A program made the translations under genes and the position numbers. Shown piece by piece: positions 1-15,900 of a DNA stretch of 64,000 bases. This stretch comes from Eledone cirrhosa (taxonomy: Eukaryota), in the NCBI GenBank assembly GCA_964016885.1, contig OZ024747.1, positions 91,326,001 to 91,390,000 on the forward strand, written 5' to 3'. The stretch's first letter is position 1, and each line of letters begins with the position of its first letter. Below the pieces are notes generated by a model. It did not search any database. It worked only from the letters and a program-made list of their open reading frames with translations, and had not been told where the DNA came from.

Positions 1-3000
1 TTAAATGTTCAATGTAATGTTTCAGTTATACAATAATAGATTATAGTATCTTAAAATGTATTGTTCGATTACACATGCACAATAAGTCAATGATGTAGAC
101 ATAGTTGTAACAGTAGTAGTTGCTAATCTAAATATTCAGTAATGTGCTTGTAAATTTCTAAGATATAACACTTGCATCAACCTTTGATGTTTTTATCTCA
201 ATAAACAAATAATAAGACGTAACTTGTGATGGGGGTAAAAATATAAAAAAATCAATAACCAAAAAATATTATAAACTCTATCTAGTATATTTAGTTAACA
301 GCACAACCTTTCCTGAAACTAACACCTCTTTAAGAAAACTGATTGTGCATAGCTTAAAGATTTATACGTACTTGGTGTACTGTAAGTAGAAAAAATGCAT
401 CTGTGGTATGTTTTCCTAACACATATACTTAGATATGGCATACTATGTTGTAATTCTCTTCTAAAGTCTTTTTGACTCGCAGCTATGTTACCAAGTTCAA
501 GATTAATATTTCGATAGATAAAATTTATGAAAATTACACATTGCCTCTGGTCTTATGTGATAGATAGTCTCTCTCCACCAAAGAGAAGAAAAAAAAATCT
601 CTTCGCTAAAATTAATAATAAATACATACACACTTATTATTTACACAGATCTCCATTTATTTGCAGAAGCACATAACCTGAGATTCAGCCAACAAAATGA
701 CAGTTCACTAAATAATATTTATGACTCCTTTTTAATATACTCTTCGGCATCCAATTATGTAGGTTGTTCAGTGATTACAGTGCGTTGACTAAGTCAACGT
801 CACGATATGCTTGCCTCATCTTAATTGAGATGTCTAAAAGAGATGAATATATATATATATTACATTAACAAACAATGTTTATTGGGTTATTTCACTTATC
901 ACTTTCGATCAAATAAACTGTCTTAATTGTTCTTCTTCAATACGTTTTCCTTTCGATGAATGCTGTTAATTGAGTTCTTTAAAGAAATCAAAGTGTTAAG
1001 ATATGTATTCAAGCAAGCTTCTTTAATGGTTATATGGTTATTGTTTTTAATATGTTAATTTTATCGATTAATGTACAGTCTTGGAATTGTTCCATGTTGT
1101 GTTACTTTACAATAGTAACATATTCGTAAAGCACCGAAACAATGTAATATATTTTCATAGGAGACAATTAATATTTCGTAGAAGAGTAGCATTTTTGATT
1201 GAATTTATAATATTATAAAACTTTTATCGATCTATGAAAATTAAGTTCAAAACTGATAGAATTTAAATTTAGAATCTTGGGGCATTGTGTTTCATAAACA
1301 GGGGATAGGATTAATGTAAGTGCCTGCAACTTTAGAACCTTCCAGGTGACATTTCATAAAGTTTAACATTGGGGATATTCGTTAAAGAATTTCAGGGAAA
1401 CTATGTTCTAATTTCCTAAGCGATATTTTGTTTTATGCTTGTTTACATTCAAAACGATCCTGGGTCTATTTTGTTAGTAATCCTTTTGGGCGATCGATAA
1501 AATAGCCCTGGCAATATAATGAAGTGAATTAAGTAGACACTAAGCCCTATCCTTCAAATATTGCCATTGTACCAGTTACACCGTAGTCATATTAATCGTA
1601 CTCCTCTTCTTTGAATTTTCTATCTTAGAGATCCTTATTTTGGAGAGTGAATTGATTATTTGCAAAAATCAATAGACGATGACTGCAGAATTTACTCTGA
1701 AACAACATTGATCCTTTCATCTTGTCTTACAATTATACTACAAACAGTAGACAACGAAAGTAGAATCTACATTGATCCTTTCATCTTGTCTTAGAATGAG
1801 GTTAAAAGGAATCTACTTATATTATATCTGTTGGTAGAAATAAAGGCATTGAGTACCAGGCTAACTGAAATTATCAATTATAGCAACAACCTGGTGACTG
1901 CCTTTAAGAATCTTTAATATATGTGATTATATCAATATTGGTGCTATTGAGGGTAGTACTGAAGCATGACGTCTTATGTTTAGTAAAATAGTACCAGAGA
2001 TATCTCACAAACAAATGGAAACTTGTATCGAGAACATAGCCTAGAAATAAGAACCATTAATATACAATGTATATTGATAGTCAATATCTGTTAAGTGTTT
2101 TGAAATGATGCAGTATCTTTTACAAAGTTTTCTCGTCATTGACAGCATTTTGCTGTTTTAACAGCTTTCTTGCGTTGAGTTCTTATCATTAATATGGATG
2201 CAGTATGTGTTACATTTTTACAGACAGTCTAATTTCTAACAACCTAAACCATTTCTTACAACCTAAACCAATACTATTGGATTCGATTTTTGGCAACTTG
2301 ATCTCACATTTTACCGAACTTGAACCAAAGAGTTGCATAAGAAATGTAGGATATCAGTCAACAGTTCTTGCATCAAAATATACATCTGTCAGGAATAATT
2401 CCACTCTATAACGACATCTGTTTGTGTGTCTTCATAAAAATTGCCCCCTGGCTGAAAAGTAATTATAACTGTTCCCTCGGCGTTCGATACTACTCAATTC
2501 GGATAGATAACCAATCAACCAAATATGGAACACTAAACAAAATTGAAACAACACTTGAGAGAAAAAGTTCAAGCGGAAACAAGAGGGAGAAGAGAACAAT
2601 GAGTTAGTCAACGTGTCCACAGGTCACTTGTCTAAAGTTGATTACCAAGCTAAGTTTTCTTTTTTACGCCCCGGTTATCATGAAAAGAAATTGTTTCGTT
2701 TGTTTATCTGTTTTGTCCTGTTTTTAGTATATCAAATGTTCCGCTTGAGCATCAAAGCGTGTCTGAAAATGTGTCTGTCTTCTTCGCTACTTCAAGGAAT
2801 ATGTAAATATGTTTGTTAGACGAGAGCAAAGAGTAGCCTAGCAAGGCCAAAAGGAATTAAATAACGGGAACAAAGTATGAAAATGAACGATAACCTTGCT
2901 GTTAAAGATTAATAATAAAAACGTGAGCAAGAAAAAGAAGGGGAAGAGTTATAACAAAGAAAATGGCCTTGTTAAAAGAGAGGGAAAAAGTTAAAAAGAA

Positions 3001-3077
3001 AGAAGGAAATGATAAATAACTTTGGAAGTTGAGAAGTGTAAGATCTGTGAAGAAACAAAATGGTTGATTGAATACGT

Positions 3078-3319
3078 ATATATATATATATATATGCACG
3101 CACGCACACACACACATATATACACACATATATATACACACATACACACATATATACACACACACATATACACACACACACACATATATACACACATATA
3201 TACACACACATATATACACACACATATACACACACATATACACACATATATACAGGCACATATATATATATACACACACATATATATAACATACATTTAC
3301 ATATATATATATAGATCCA

Positions 3320-3412
<93 letters not shown>

Positions 3413-3415
3413 AAA
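3078..3415. repeat. Compound (TA)n/(CA)n microsatellite
   Basis: Directly visible dinucleotide runs. Confidence 0.95.
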
Positions 3416-3591
3416 ATATATAAGCTGGGATGAATGGAAGCATCATATTACATTAAATTGTAAACCTACTTAAAGCGATTAATAGTCCGAGCTTCTTGTT
3501 TTTGCTACTAGGTTTTCAATTTGTTATCAATGTATTTTTAACCCAAGGTCAGTCCTTGATTGAGCAAACATATGATCAGAAACATTCCAGC

Positions 3592-3748
3592 TAGTGCCGG
3601 ATTTACCATTATGCTTAGGTGTGCTTAAGCACTGGGACCCGTTGGGCAGGGAGGGGCGGCTTATTTTCTTGTGTAAGCCTACTGGGTACAAGTAAGGGTC
3701 TCATAACGTAACTAGCACAGAGCCTCATTTGTCCTAAATACGGTACTG
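3592..3748. mobile_element. hAT-type MITE (157 bp)
   Basis: Imperfect 14-bp TIRs TAGTGCCGGATTTA / TAAATACGGTACTG. Exact 8-bp TSD ATTCCAGC at 3584-3591 and 3749-3756; an 8-bp TSD is typical of hAT elements. Confidence 0.8.
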
Positions 3749-3880
3749 ATTCCAGCTGTGACAATGTCGTCTGTCTCATATATGCAGAGAAACCTTACAC
3801 CACTTTAATCTTCCGGGGCTTTTTCTAAAATGGTAGGGTGAGATTTCAGAGAGATGTGCCTCCTATTTCTCACAGAACGA

Positions 3881-3976
3881 ATGACCACCTGTATGCAACC
3901 TTGCTGCCTCGAGTCCTGCCAACAGATACTTTTGATCATTACTGTAACCTTTTTGCAGCCGTTGCTGTTCTGTTGA
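3881..3976 (+). other. Short ORF MTTCMQPCCLESCQQILLIITVTFLQPLLFC*, signal-peptide-like, one base out of frame with the repeat ORF
   Basis: ATG 3881 follows acceptor-like TCCTATTTCTCACAG (3861-3875). Hydrophobic core is ILLIITVTF. T5 run at 3950-3954; TGA at 3974-3976. Confidence 0.4.
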
Positions 3977-6900
3977 GATCACTACTACAACTGCTAATGC
4001 TACTACAACTGCTAATGCTACTACAACTACTAATGCTACTACAACTACTAATGCTACTACAACTGCTAATGCTACTACAGCTGCTAATGCTACTACAACT
4101 GTTAATGCTACTACAACTACTAATGCTGCTACAACTGCTAATGCTACTACAGCTGCTAATGCTACTACAACTGCTAATGCTACTACAACTGCTAATGCTA
4201 CTACAACTGCTAATGCTACTACAACTGCTAATGCTGCTACAGCTGCTAATGCTACTACAACTGCTAATGCTACTACAACTGCTAATGCTAATACAGCTGC
4301 TAATGCTACTGCAACTGCTAATGCTACTACAACTGATAATGCTGCTATAACTGCTAATGCTGCTACAACTGCTAATGCTGCTATAACTGCTAATGCTACT
4401 ACAACTGCTAATGCTGCTATAACTGCTAATGCTACTACAACTACTAATGATACTACAACTGCTAATGCTACTACAACCGCTAATGCTGCTACAACTGCTA
4501 ATGCTACTACAGCTGCTAATGCTACTACAACTGCTAATGCTACTACAACTGCTAATGCTGCTACAGCTGCTAATGCTACTACAACTGCTAATGCTACTAC
4601 AGCTACTAATGCTACTACAACTGCTAACGCTGCTACAACTGCTAATGCTACTGCAACTGCTAATGCTACTATAAATGCTAATGCTGCTACAACTGCTAAT
4701 GCTACTACAACTGCTAATGCTACTACAACTGCTAATGCTGCTACAACTGCTAATGCTACTACAACTGCTAATGCTACTATAACTGCTAATGCTACTACAA
4801 CTGCTAATGCTACTACAACTGCTAATGCTACTATAACTGCTAATGCTGCTGCAACTGCTAATGCTACTACAACTGCTAATGCTACTACAACTGCTAATGC
4901 TGCTACAGCTGCTAATGCTGCTACAGATGCTAATGCTACTACAGATGCTAATGCTACTACAACTGCTAATGCTGCTACAACTACTAATGCTACTACAACT
5001 ACTAATGCTACTACAACTGCTAATGCTACTATAACTGCTAATGCTGCTGCAACTGCTAATGCTGCTACAACTGCTAATGCTACTACAACTGCTAATGCTA
5101 CTACAACTGCTAATGCTGCTACAGCTGCTAATGCTACTACAACTGCTAATGCTACTACAACTGCTAATGCTACTATAACAGCTAATGCTGCTGCAACTGC
5201 TAATGCTACTACAACTGCTAATGCTACTATAACTGCTAATGCTGCTACAACTGCTAATGCTACTACAACTGCTAATGCTACTATAACTGCTAATGCTGCT
5301 ACAACTGCTAATGCTACTACAACTGCTAATGCTACTACAACTGCTAATGCTACTACAGCTGCTAATGCTACTACAACTGCTAATGCTACTACAACTGCTA
5401 ATGCTACTACAACTGCTAATGCTACTACAGTTGCTAATGCTACTACAACTGCTAATGCTACTACAACTGCTAATGCTACTACAGCTGCTAATGCTACTAC
5501 AACTACTAATGCTACTACAACTGCTAATGCTACTATAACTGCTAATGCTGCTACAACTGCTAATGCTACTACAACTGCTAATGCTACTACAACTGCTAAT
5601 GCTACTACAGCTGCTAATGCTACTACAACTGCTAATGCTACTACAACTGCTAATGCTACTACAACTACTAATGCTACTACAACTGCTAATGCTACTATAA
5701 CTGCTAATGCTGCTACAACTGCTAATGCTACTACAACTGCTAATGCTACTACAACTGCTAATGCTACTACAGCTGCTAATGCTACTACAACTGCTAATGC
5801 TACTACAACTGCTAATGCTACTACAGCTGCTAATGCTACTACAACTGCTAATGCTACTACAGCTACTAATGCTACTACAACTGCTAACGCTGCTACAACT
5901 GCTAATGCTACTACAACTGCTAATGCTACTATAACTGCTAATGCTGCTACAACTGCTAATGCTACTACAACTGCTAATGCTACTACAACTGCTAATGCTG
6001 CTACAACTGCTAATGCTACTACAACTGCTAATGCTACTATAACTGCTAATGCTACTACAACTGCTAATGCTACTACAACTGCTAATGCTACTATAACTGC
6101 TAATGCTGCTGCAACTGCTAATGCTACTACAACTGCTAATGCTACTACAACTGCTAATGCTGCTACAGCTGCTAATGCTGCTACAGCTGCTAATGCTACT
6201 ACAGATGCTAATGATACTACAACTACTAATGCTACTACAACTGCTAATGCTACTATAACTGCTAATGCTGCTGCAACTGCTAATGCTGCTACAACTGCTA
6301 ATGCTACTACAACTGCTAATGCTACTACAACTGCTAATGCTGCTACAGCTGCTAATGCTACTACAACTGCTAATGCTACTACAACTGCTAATGCTACTAT
6401 AACTGCTAATGCTGCTGCAACTGCTAATGCTACTACAACTGCTAATGCTACTATAACTGCTAATGCTGCTACAACTGCTAATGCTACTACAGCTACTAAT
6501 GCTACTACAACTGCTAACGCTGCTACAACTGCTAATGCTACTGCAACTGCTAATGCTACTATAAATGCTAATGCTGCTACAACTGCTAATGCTACTACAA
6601 CTGCTAATGCTACTACAACTGCTAATGCTGCTACAACTGCTAATGCTACTACAACTGCTAATGCTACTATAACTGCTAATGCTACTACAACTGCTAATGC
6701 TACTACAACTGCTAATGCTACTATAACTGCTAATGCTGCTGCAACTGCTAATGCTACTACAACTGCTAATGCTACTACAACTGCTAATGCTGCTACAGCT
6801 GCTAATGCTGCTACAGCTGCTAATGCTACTACAGATGCTAATGCTACTACAACTGCTAATGCTGCTACAACTACTAATGCTACTACAACTACTAATGCTA

Positions 6901-9900
6901 CTACAACTGCTAATGCTACTATAACTGCTAATGCTGCTGCAACTGCTAATGCTGCTACAACTGCTAATGCTACTACAACTGCTAATGCTACTACAACTGC
7001 TAATGCTGCTACAGCTGCTAATGCTACTACAACTGCTAATGCTACTACAACTGCTAATGCTACTATAACAGCTAATGCTGCTGCAACTGCTAATGCTACT
7101 ACAACTGCTAATGCTACTATAACTGCTAATGCTGCTACAACTGCTAATGCTACTACAACTGCTAATGCTACTATAACTGCTAATGCTGCTACAACTGCTA
7201 ATGCTACTACAACTGCTAATGCTACTACAACTGCTAATGCTACTACAGCTGCTAATGCTACTACAACTGCTAATGCTACTACAACTGCTAATGCTACTAC
7301 AACTGCTAATGCTACTACAGTTGCTAATGCTACTACAACTGCTAATGCTACTACAACTGCTAATGCTACTACAGCTGCTAATGCTACTACAACTACTAAT
7401 GCTACTACAACTGCTAATGCTACTATAACTGCTAATGCTGCTACAACTGCTAATGCTACTACAACTGCTAATGCTACTACAACTGCTAATGCTACTACAG
7501 CTGCTAATGCTACTACAACTGCTAATGCTACTACAACTGCTAATGCTACTACAACTACTAATGCTACTACAACTGCTAATGCTACTATAACTGCTAATGC
7601 TGCTACAACTGCTAATGCTACTACAACTGCTAATGCTACTACAACTGCTAATGCTACTACAGCTGCTAATGCTACTACAACTGCTAATGCTACTACAACT
7701 GCTAATGCTACTACAGCTGCTAATGCTACTACAACTGCTAATGCTACTACAGCTACTAATGCTACTACAACTGCTAACGCTGCTACAACTGCTAATGCTA
7801 CTGCAACTGCTAATGCTACTATAACTGCTAATGCTGCTACAACTGCTAATGCTACTACAACTGCTAATGCTACTACAACTGCTAATGCTGCTACAACTGC
7901 TAATGCTACTACAACTGCTAATGCTACTATAACTGCTAATGCTACTACAACTGCTAATGCTACTACAACTGCTAATGCTACTATAACTGCTAATGCTGCT
8001 GCAACTGCTAATGCTACTACAACTGCTAATGCTACTACAACTGCTAATGCTGCTACAGCTGCTAATGCTGCTACAGCTGCTAATGCTACTACAGATGCTA
8101 ATGATACTACAACTACTAATGCTACTACAACTGCTAATGCTACTATAACTGCTAATGCTGCTGCAACTGCTAATGCTGCTACAACTGCTAATGCTACTAC
8201 AACTGCTAATGCTACTACAACTGCTAATGCTGCTACAGCTGCTAATGCTACTACAACTGCTAATGCTACTACAACTGCTAATGCTACTATAACTGCTAAT
8301 GCTGCTGCAACTGCTAATGCTACTACAACTGCTAATGCTACTATAACTGCTAATGCTGCTACAACTGCTAATGCTACTACAACTGCTAATGCTACTATAA
8401 CTGCTAATGCTGCTACAACTGCTAATGCTACTACAACTGCTAATGCTACTACAACTGCTAATGCTACTACAGCTGCTAATGCTACTACAACTGCTAATGC
8501 TACTACAACTGCTAATGCTACTACAACTGCTAATGCTACTACAGTTGCTAATGCTACTACAACTGCTAATGCTACTACAACTGCTAATGCTACTACAGCT
8601 GCTAATGCTACTACAACTACTAATGCTACTACAACTGCTAATGCTACTATAACTGCTAATGCTGCTACAATTGCTAATGCTACTACAACTGCTAATGCTA
8701 CTACAACTGCTAATGCTACTACAGCTGCTAATGCTACTACAACTGCTAATGCTACTACAACTGCTAATGCTACTACAACTACTAATGCTACTACAACTGC
8801 TAATGCTACTATAACTGCTAATGCTGCTACAACTGCTAATGCTACTACAACTGCTAATGCTACTACAACTGCTAATGCTACTACAGCTGCTAATGCTACT
8901 ACAACTGCTAATGCTACTACAACTGCTAATGCTACTACAGCTGCTAATGCTACTACAATTGCTAATGCTACTACAGCTACTAATGCTACTACAACTGCTA
9001 ACGCTGCTACAACTGCTAATGCTACTGCAACTGCTAATGCTACTATAACTGCTAATGCTGCTACAACTGCTAATGCTACTACAACTGCTAATGCTACTAC
9101 AACTGCTAATGCTGCTACAACTGCTAATGCTACTACAACTGCTAATGCTACTATAACTGCTAATGCTACTACAACTGCTAATGCTACTACAACTGCTAAT
9201 GCTACTATAACTGCTAATGCTGCTGCAACTGCTAATGCTACTACAACTGCTAATGCTACTACAACTGCTAATGCTGCTACAGCTGCTAATGCTGCTACAG
9301 CTGCTAATGCTACTACAGATGCTAATGCTACTACAACTACTAATGCTACTACAACTGCTAATGCTACTATAACTGCTAATGCTGCTGCAACTGCTAATGC
9401 TGCTACAACTGCTAATGCTACTACAACTGCTAATGCTACTACAACTGCTAATGCTGCTACAGCTGCTAATGCTACTACAACTGCTAATGTTACTACAACT
9501 GCTAATGCTACTATAACTGCTAATGCTGCTGCAACTGCTAATGCTACTACAACTGCTAATGCTACTATAACTGCTAATGCTGCTACAACTGCTAATGCTA
9601 CTACAACTGCTAATGCTACTATAACTGCTAATGCTACTACAACTGCTAATGCTACTACAACTGCTAATGCTACTACAGCTGCTAATGCTACTACAACTGC
9701 TAATGCTACTACAACTGCTAATGCTACTACAACTGCTAATGCTACTACAGCTGCTAATGCTACTACAACTGCTAATGCTACTACAACTGCTAATGCTACT
9801 ACAGCTGCTAATGCTACTACAACTACTAATGCTACTACAACTGCTAATGCTACTATAACTGCTAATGCTGCTACAACTGCTAATGCTACTACAACTGATA

Positions 9901-12900
9901 ATGCTACTACAACTGCTAATGCTACTACAGCTGCTAATGCTACTACAACTGCTAATGCTACTACAACTGCTAATGCTACTACAACTACTAATGCTACTAC
10001 AACTGCTAATGCTACTATAACTGCTAATGCTGCTACAACTGCTAATGCTACTACAACTGCTAATGCTACTACAACTGCTAATGCTACTACAGCTGCTAAT
10101 GCTACTACAACTGCTAATGCTACTACAACTGCTAATGCTACTACAGCTGCTAATGCTACTACAACTACTAATGCTACTACAACTGCTAATGCTACTACAA
10201 CTGCTAATGCTACTACAACTGCTAATGCTACTACAACTGCTAATGCTGCTACAACTGCTAATGCTACTACAGCTGCTAATGCTACTACAACTGCTAATGC
10301 TGCTACAACTGCTAATGCTACTACAGCTGCTAATGCTACTACAACTGCTAATGCTACTACAGCTGCTAATGCTACTACAGCTGCTAATGCTACTACAACT
10401 GCTAATGCTACTACAACTACTAATGCTACTACAACTGCTAATGCTACTACAACTGCTAATGCTACTACAACTGCTAATGCTACTACAACTGCTAATGCTG
10501 CTACAACTGCTAATGCTACTACAGCTGCTAATGCTACTACAACTGCTAATGCTGCTACAACTGCTAATGCTACTACAGCTGCTAATGCTACTACAACTGC
10601 TAATGCTACTACAGCTGCTAATGCTACTACAACTGCTAATGCTGCTACAACTGCTAATGCTACTACAGCTGCTAATGCTACTACAACTACTAATGCTACT
10701 ACAGCTGCTAGTGCTACTACAGCTGCTAATGCTACTACAACTACTAATGCTACTACAACTGCTAATGCTACTACAGCTGCTAATGCTACTACAGCTGCTA
10801 ATGCTACTACAACTACTAATGCTACTACAACTGCTAATGCTACTACAACTGCTAATGCTACTACAACTGCTAATGCTACTACAACTGCTAATGCTGCTAC
10901 AACTGCTAATGCTACTACAGCTGCTAATGCTACTACAACTGCTAATGCTGCTACAACTGCTAATGCTACTACAGCTGCTAATGCTACTACAGCTGCTAAT
11001 GCTACTACAACTACTAATGCTACTACAGCTGCTAATGCTACTACAGCTGCTAATCCTACTACAACTGCTAATGCTACTACAGCTGCTAATGCTACTACAA
11101 CTGCTAATGCTACTACAGCTGCTCATGCTACTACAACTACTAATGCTAGTACAACTGCTAATGCTACTACAACTGCTAATGCTACTACAGCTGCTAATGC
11201 TACTACAACTGCTAATGTTACTACAGCTGCTAATGATACTACAGCTGCTAATGCTACTACAACTACTAATGCTACTACAGCTGCTAATGCTACTACAGCT
11301 GCTAATGCTACTACAACTACTAATGCTACTACAACTACTAATGCTACTACAGCTGCTAATGCTACTACAACTGCTAATGCTACTACAACTGCTAATGCTA
11401 CTACAGCTGCTAATGCTACTACAACTACTAATGCTACTACAACTGCTAATGCTACTACAACTACTAATGCTACTACAACTACTAATGCTACTACAACTAC
11501 TAATGCTACTACAACTACTAATGCTACTACAACTGCTAATGCTACTACAACTACTAATGCTACTACAACTACTAATGCTACTACAACTACTAATGCTACT
11601 ACAACTGCTAATGCTACTACAACTACTAATGCTACTACAACTACTAATGCTACTACAACTACTAATGCTACTACAGCTGCTAATGCTACTACAACTGCTA
11701 ATGCTACTACAACTGCTAATGCTACTACAGCTGCTAATGCTACTACAACTACTAATGCTACTACAACTGCTAATGCTACTACAGCTGCTAATGCTACTAC
11801 AACTACTAATGCTACTACAACTACTAATGCTACTACAGCTGCTAATGCTACTACAACTGCTAATGCTACTACAACTGCTAATGCTACTACAGCTGCTAAT
11901 GCTACTACAACTGCTAATGCTACTAAAACTACTAATGCTACTACAACTGCTAATGCTACTACAGCTGCTAATGCTACTACAGCTGCTAATGCTACTACAA
12001 CTACTAATGCTACTACAGCTGCTAATGCTACTACAGCTGCTAATGCTACTACAACTGCTAATGCTACTACAACTACTAATGCTACTACAGCTGCTAATGC
12101 TACTACAACTGCTAATGCTACTACAACTGCTAATGCTACTAAAACTACTAATGCTACTACAACTGCTAATGTTACTACAGCTGCTAATGCTACTACAGCT
12201 GCTAATGCTACTACAACTGCTAATGCTACTACAACTACTAATGCTACTACAGCTGCTAATGCTACTACAACTGCTAATGCTACTACAACTGCTAATGCTA
12301 CTACAACTACTAATGCTACTACAACTGCTAATGCTACTAAAACTACTAATGCTACTACAACTGCTCATGCTACTACAACTACTAATGCTACTAAAACTAC
12401 TAATGCTACTACAGCTGCTCATTCTGCTACAACTGCTAATGCTACTACAACTGCTAATGCTACTACAACTGCTAATGCTACTACAACTGCTAATGCTACT
12501 ACAACTACTAATGCTACTACAACTGCTAATGCTACTATAACTGCTAATGCTGCTACAACTGCTAATGCTACTACAACTGCTAATGCTACTACAACTGCTA
12601 ATGCTACTACAGCTGCTAATGCTACTACAACTGCTAATGCTACTACAACTGCTAATGCTACTACAGCTGCTAATGCTACTACAACTGCTAATGCTACTAC
12701 AGCTACTAATGCTACTACAACTGCTAACGCTGCTACAACTGCTAATGCTACTGCAACTGCTAATGCTACTATAACTGCTAATGCTGCTACAACTGCTAAT
12801 GCTACTACAACTGCTAATGCTACTACAACTGCTAATGCTGCTACAACTGCTAATGCTACTACAACTGCTAATGCTACTATAACTGCTAATGCTACTACAA

Positions 12901-15900
12901 CTGCTAATGCTACTACAACTGCTAATGCTACTATAACTGCTAATGCTGCTGCAACTGCTAATGCTACTACAACTGCTAATGCTACTACAACTGCTAATGC
13001 TGCTACAGCTGCTAATGCTGCTACAGCTGCTAATGCTACTACAGATGCTAATGATACTACAACTACTAATGCTACTACAACTGCTAATGCTACTATAACT
13101 GCTAATGCTGCTGCAACTGCTAATGCTGCTACAACTGCTAATGCTACTACAACTGCTAATGCTACTACAACTGCTAATGCTGCTACAGCTGCTAATGCTA
13201 CTACAACTGCTAATGCTACTACAACTGCTAATGCTACTATAACTGCTAATGCTGCTGCAACTGCTAATGCTACTACAACTGCTAATGCTACTATAACTGC
13301 TAATGCTGCTACAACTGCTAATGCTACTACAACTGCTAATGCTACTATAACTGCTAATGCTGCTACAACTGCTAATGCTACTACAACTGCTAATGCTACT
13401 ACAACTGCTAATGCTACTACAGCTGCTAATGCTACTACAACTGCTAATGCTACTACAACTGCTAATGCTACTACAACTGCTAATGCTACTACAGTTGCTA
13501 ATGCTACTACAACTGCTAATGCTACTACAACTGCTAATGCTACTACAGCTGCTAATGCTACTACAACTACTAATGCTACTACAACTGCTAATGCTACTAT
13601 AACTGCTAATGCTGCTACAATTGCTAATGCTACTACAACTGCTAATGCTACTACAACTGCTAATGCTACTACAGCTGCTAATGCTACTACAACTGCTAAT
13701 GCTACTACAACTGCTAATGCTACTACAACTACTAATGCTACTACAACTGCTAATGCTACTATAACTGCTAATGCTGCTACAACTGCTAATGCTACTACAA
13801 CTGCTAATGCTACTACAACTGCTAATGCTACTACAGCTGCTAATGCTACTACAACTGCTAATGCTACTACAACTGCTAATGCTACTACAGCTGCTAATGC
13901 TACTACAACTGCTAATGCTACTACAGCTACTAATGCTACTACAACTGCTAACGCTGCTACAACTGCTAATGCTACTGCAACTGCTAATGCTACTATAACT
14001 GCTAATGCTGCTACAACTGCTAATGCTACTACAACTGCTAATGCTACTACAACTGCTAATGCTGCTACAACTGCTAATGCTACTACAACTGCTAATGCTA
14101 CTATAACTGCTAATGCTACTACAACTGCTAATGCTACTACAACTGCTAATGCTACTATAACTGCTAATGCTGCTGCAACTGCTAATGCTACTACAACTGC
14201 TAATGCTACTACAACTGCTAATGCTGCTACAGCTGCTAATGCTGCTACAGCTGCTAATGCTACTACAGATGCTAATGCTACTACAACTACTAATGCTACT
14301 ACAACTGCTAATGCTACTATAACTGCTAATGCTGCTGCAACTGCTAATGCTGCTACAACTGCTAATGCTACTACAACTGCTAATGCTACTACAACTGCTA
14401 ATGCTGCTACAGCTGCTAATGCTACTACAACTGCTAATGTTACTACAACTGCTAATGCTACTATAACTGCTAATGCTGCTGCAACTGCTAATGCTACTAC
14501 AACTGCTAATGCTACTATAACTGCTAATGCTGCTACAACTGCTAATGCTACTACAACTGCTAATGCTACTACAACTGCTAATGCTACTACAACTGCTAAT
14601 GCTACTACAACTGCTAATGCTACTACAACTGCTAATGCTACTACAACTACTAATGCTACTACAGCTGCTAATGCTACTACAACTGCTAATGCTACTACAA
14701 CTGCTAATGCTACTAAAACTACTAATGCTACTACAACTGCTAATGCTACTACAACTGCTAATGCTACTAAAACTACTAATGCTACTACAACTGCTAATGC
14801 TACTACAGCTGCTAATGCTACTACAGCTGCTAATGCTACTACAACTGCTAATGCTACTACAACTACTAATGCTACTACAGCTGCTAATGCTACTACAACT
14901 GCTAATGCTACTACAACTGCTAATGCTACTACAACTACTAATGCTTCTACAACTGCTAATGCTACTAAAACTACTAATGCTACTACAACTGCTCATGCTA
15001 CTACAACTACTAATGCTACTAAAACTACTAATGCTACTACAGCTGCTCATTCTACTACAACTGCTAATGCTACTACAACTGCTAATGCTACTACAACTGC
15101 TAATGCTACTACAACTGCTAATGCTACTACAACTACTAATGCTACTACAACTGCTAATGCTACTATAACTGCTAATGCTGCTACAACTGCTAATGCTACT
15201 ACAACTGCTAATGCTACTACAACTGCTAATGCTACTACAGCTGCTAATGCTACTACAACTGCTAATGCTACTACAACTGCTAATGCTACTACAGCTGCTA
15301 ATGCTACTACAACTGCTAATGCTACTACAGCTACTAATGCTACTACAACTGCTAACGCTGCTACAACTGCTAATGCTACTGCAACTGCTAATGCTACTAT
15401 AACTGCTAATGCTGCTACAACTGCTAATGCTACTACAACTGCTAATGCTACTACAACTGCTAATGCTGCTACAATTGCTAATGCTACTACAACTGCTAAT
15501 GCTACTATAACTGCTAATGCTACTACAACTGCTAATGCTACTACAACTGCTAATGCTACTATAACTGCTAATGCTGCTGCAACTGCTAATGCTACTACAA
15601 CTGCTAATGCTACTACAACTGCTAATGCTGCTACAGCTGCTAATGCTGCTACAGCTGCTAATGCTACTACAGATGCTAATGATACTACAACTACTAATGC
15701 TACTACAACTGCTAATGCTACTATAACTGCTAATGCTGCTGCAACTGCTAATGCTGCTACAACTGCTAATGCTACTACAACTGCTAATGCTACTACAACT
15801 GCTAATGCTGCTACAGCTGCTAATGCTACTACAACTGCTAATGCTACTACAACTGCTAATGCTACTATAACTGCTAATGCTGCTGCAACTGCTAATGCTA

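Noticed and set aside
1705-1793. 25-bp direct repeat ACATTGATCCTTTCATCTTGTCTTA, 64 bp apart
   Set aside because: Only two copies; an ordinary local duplication.
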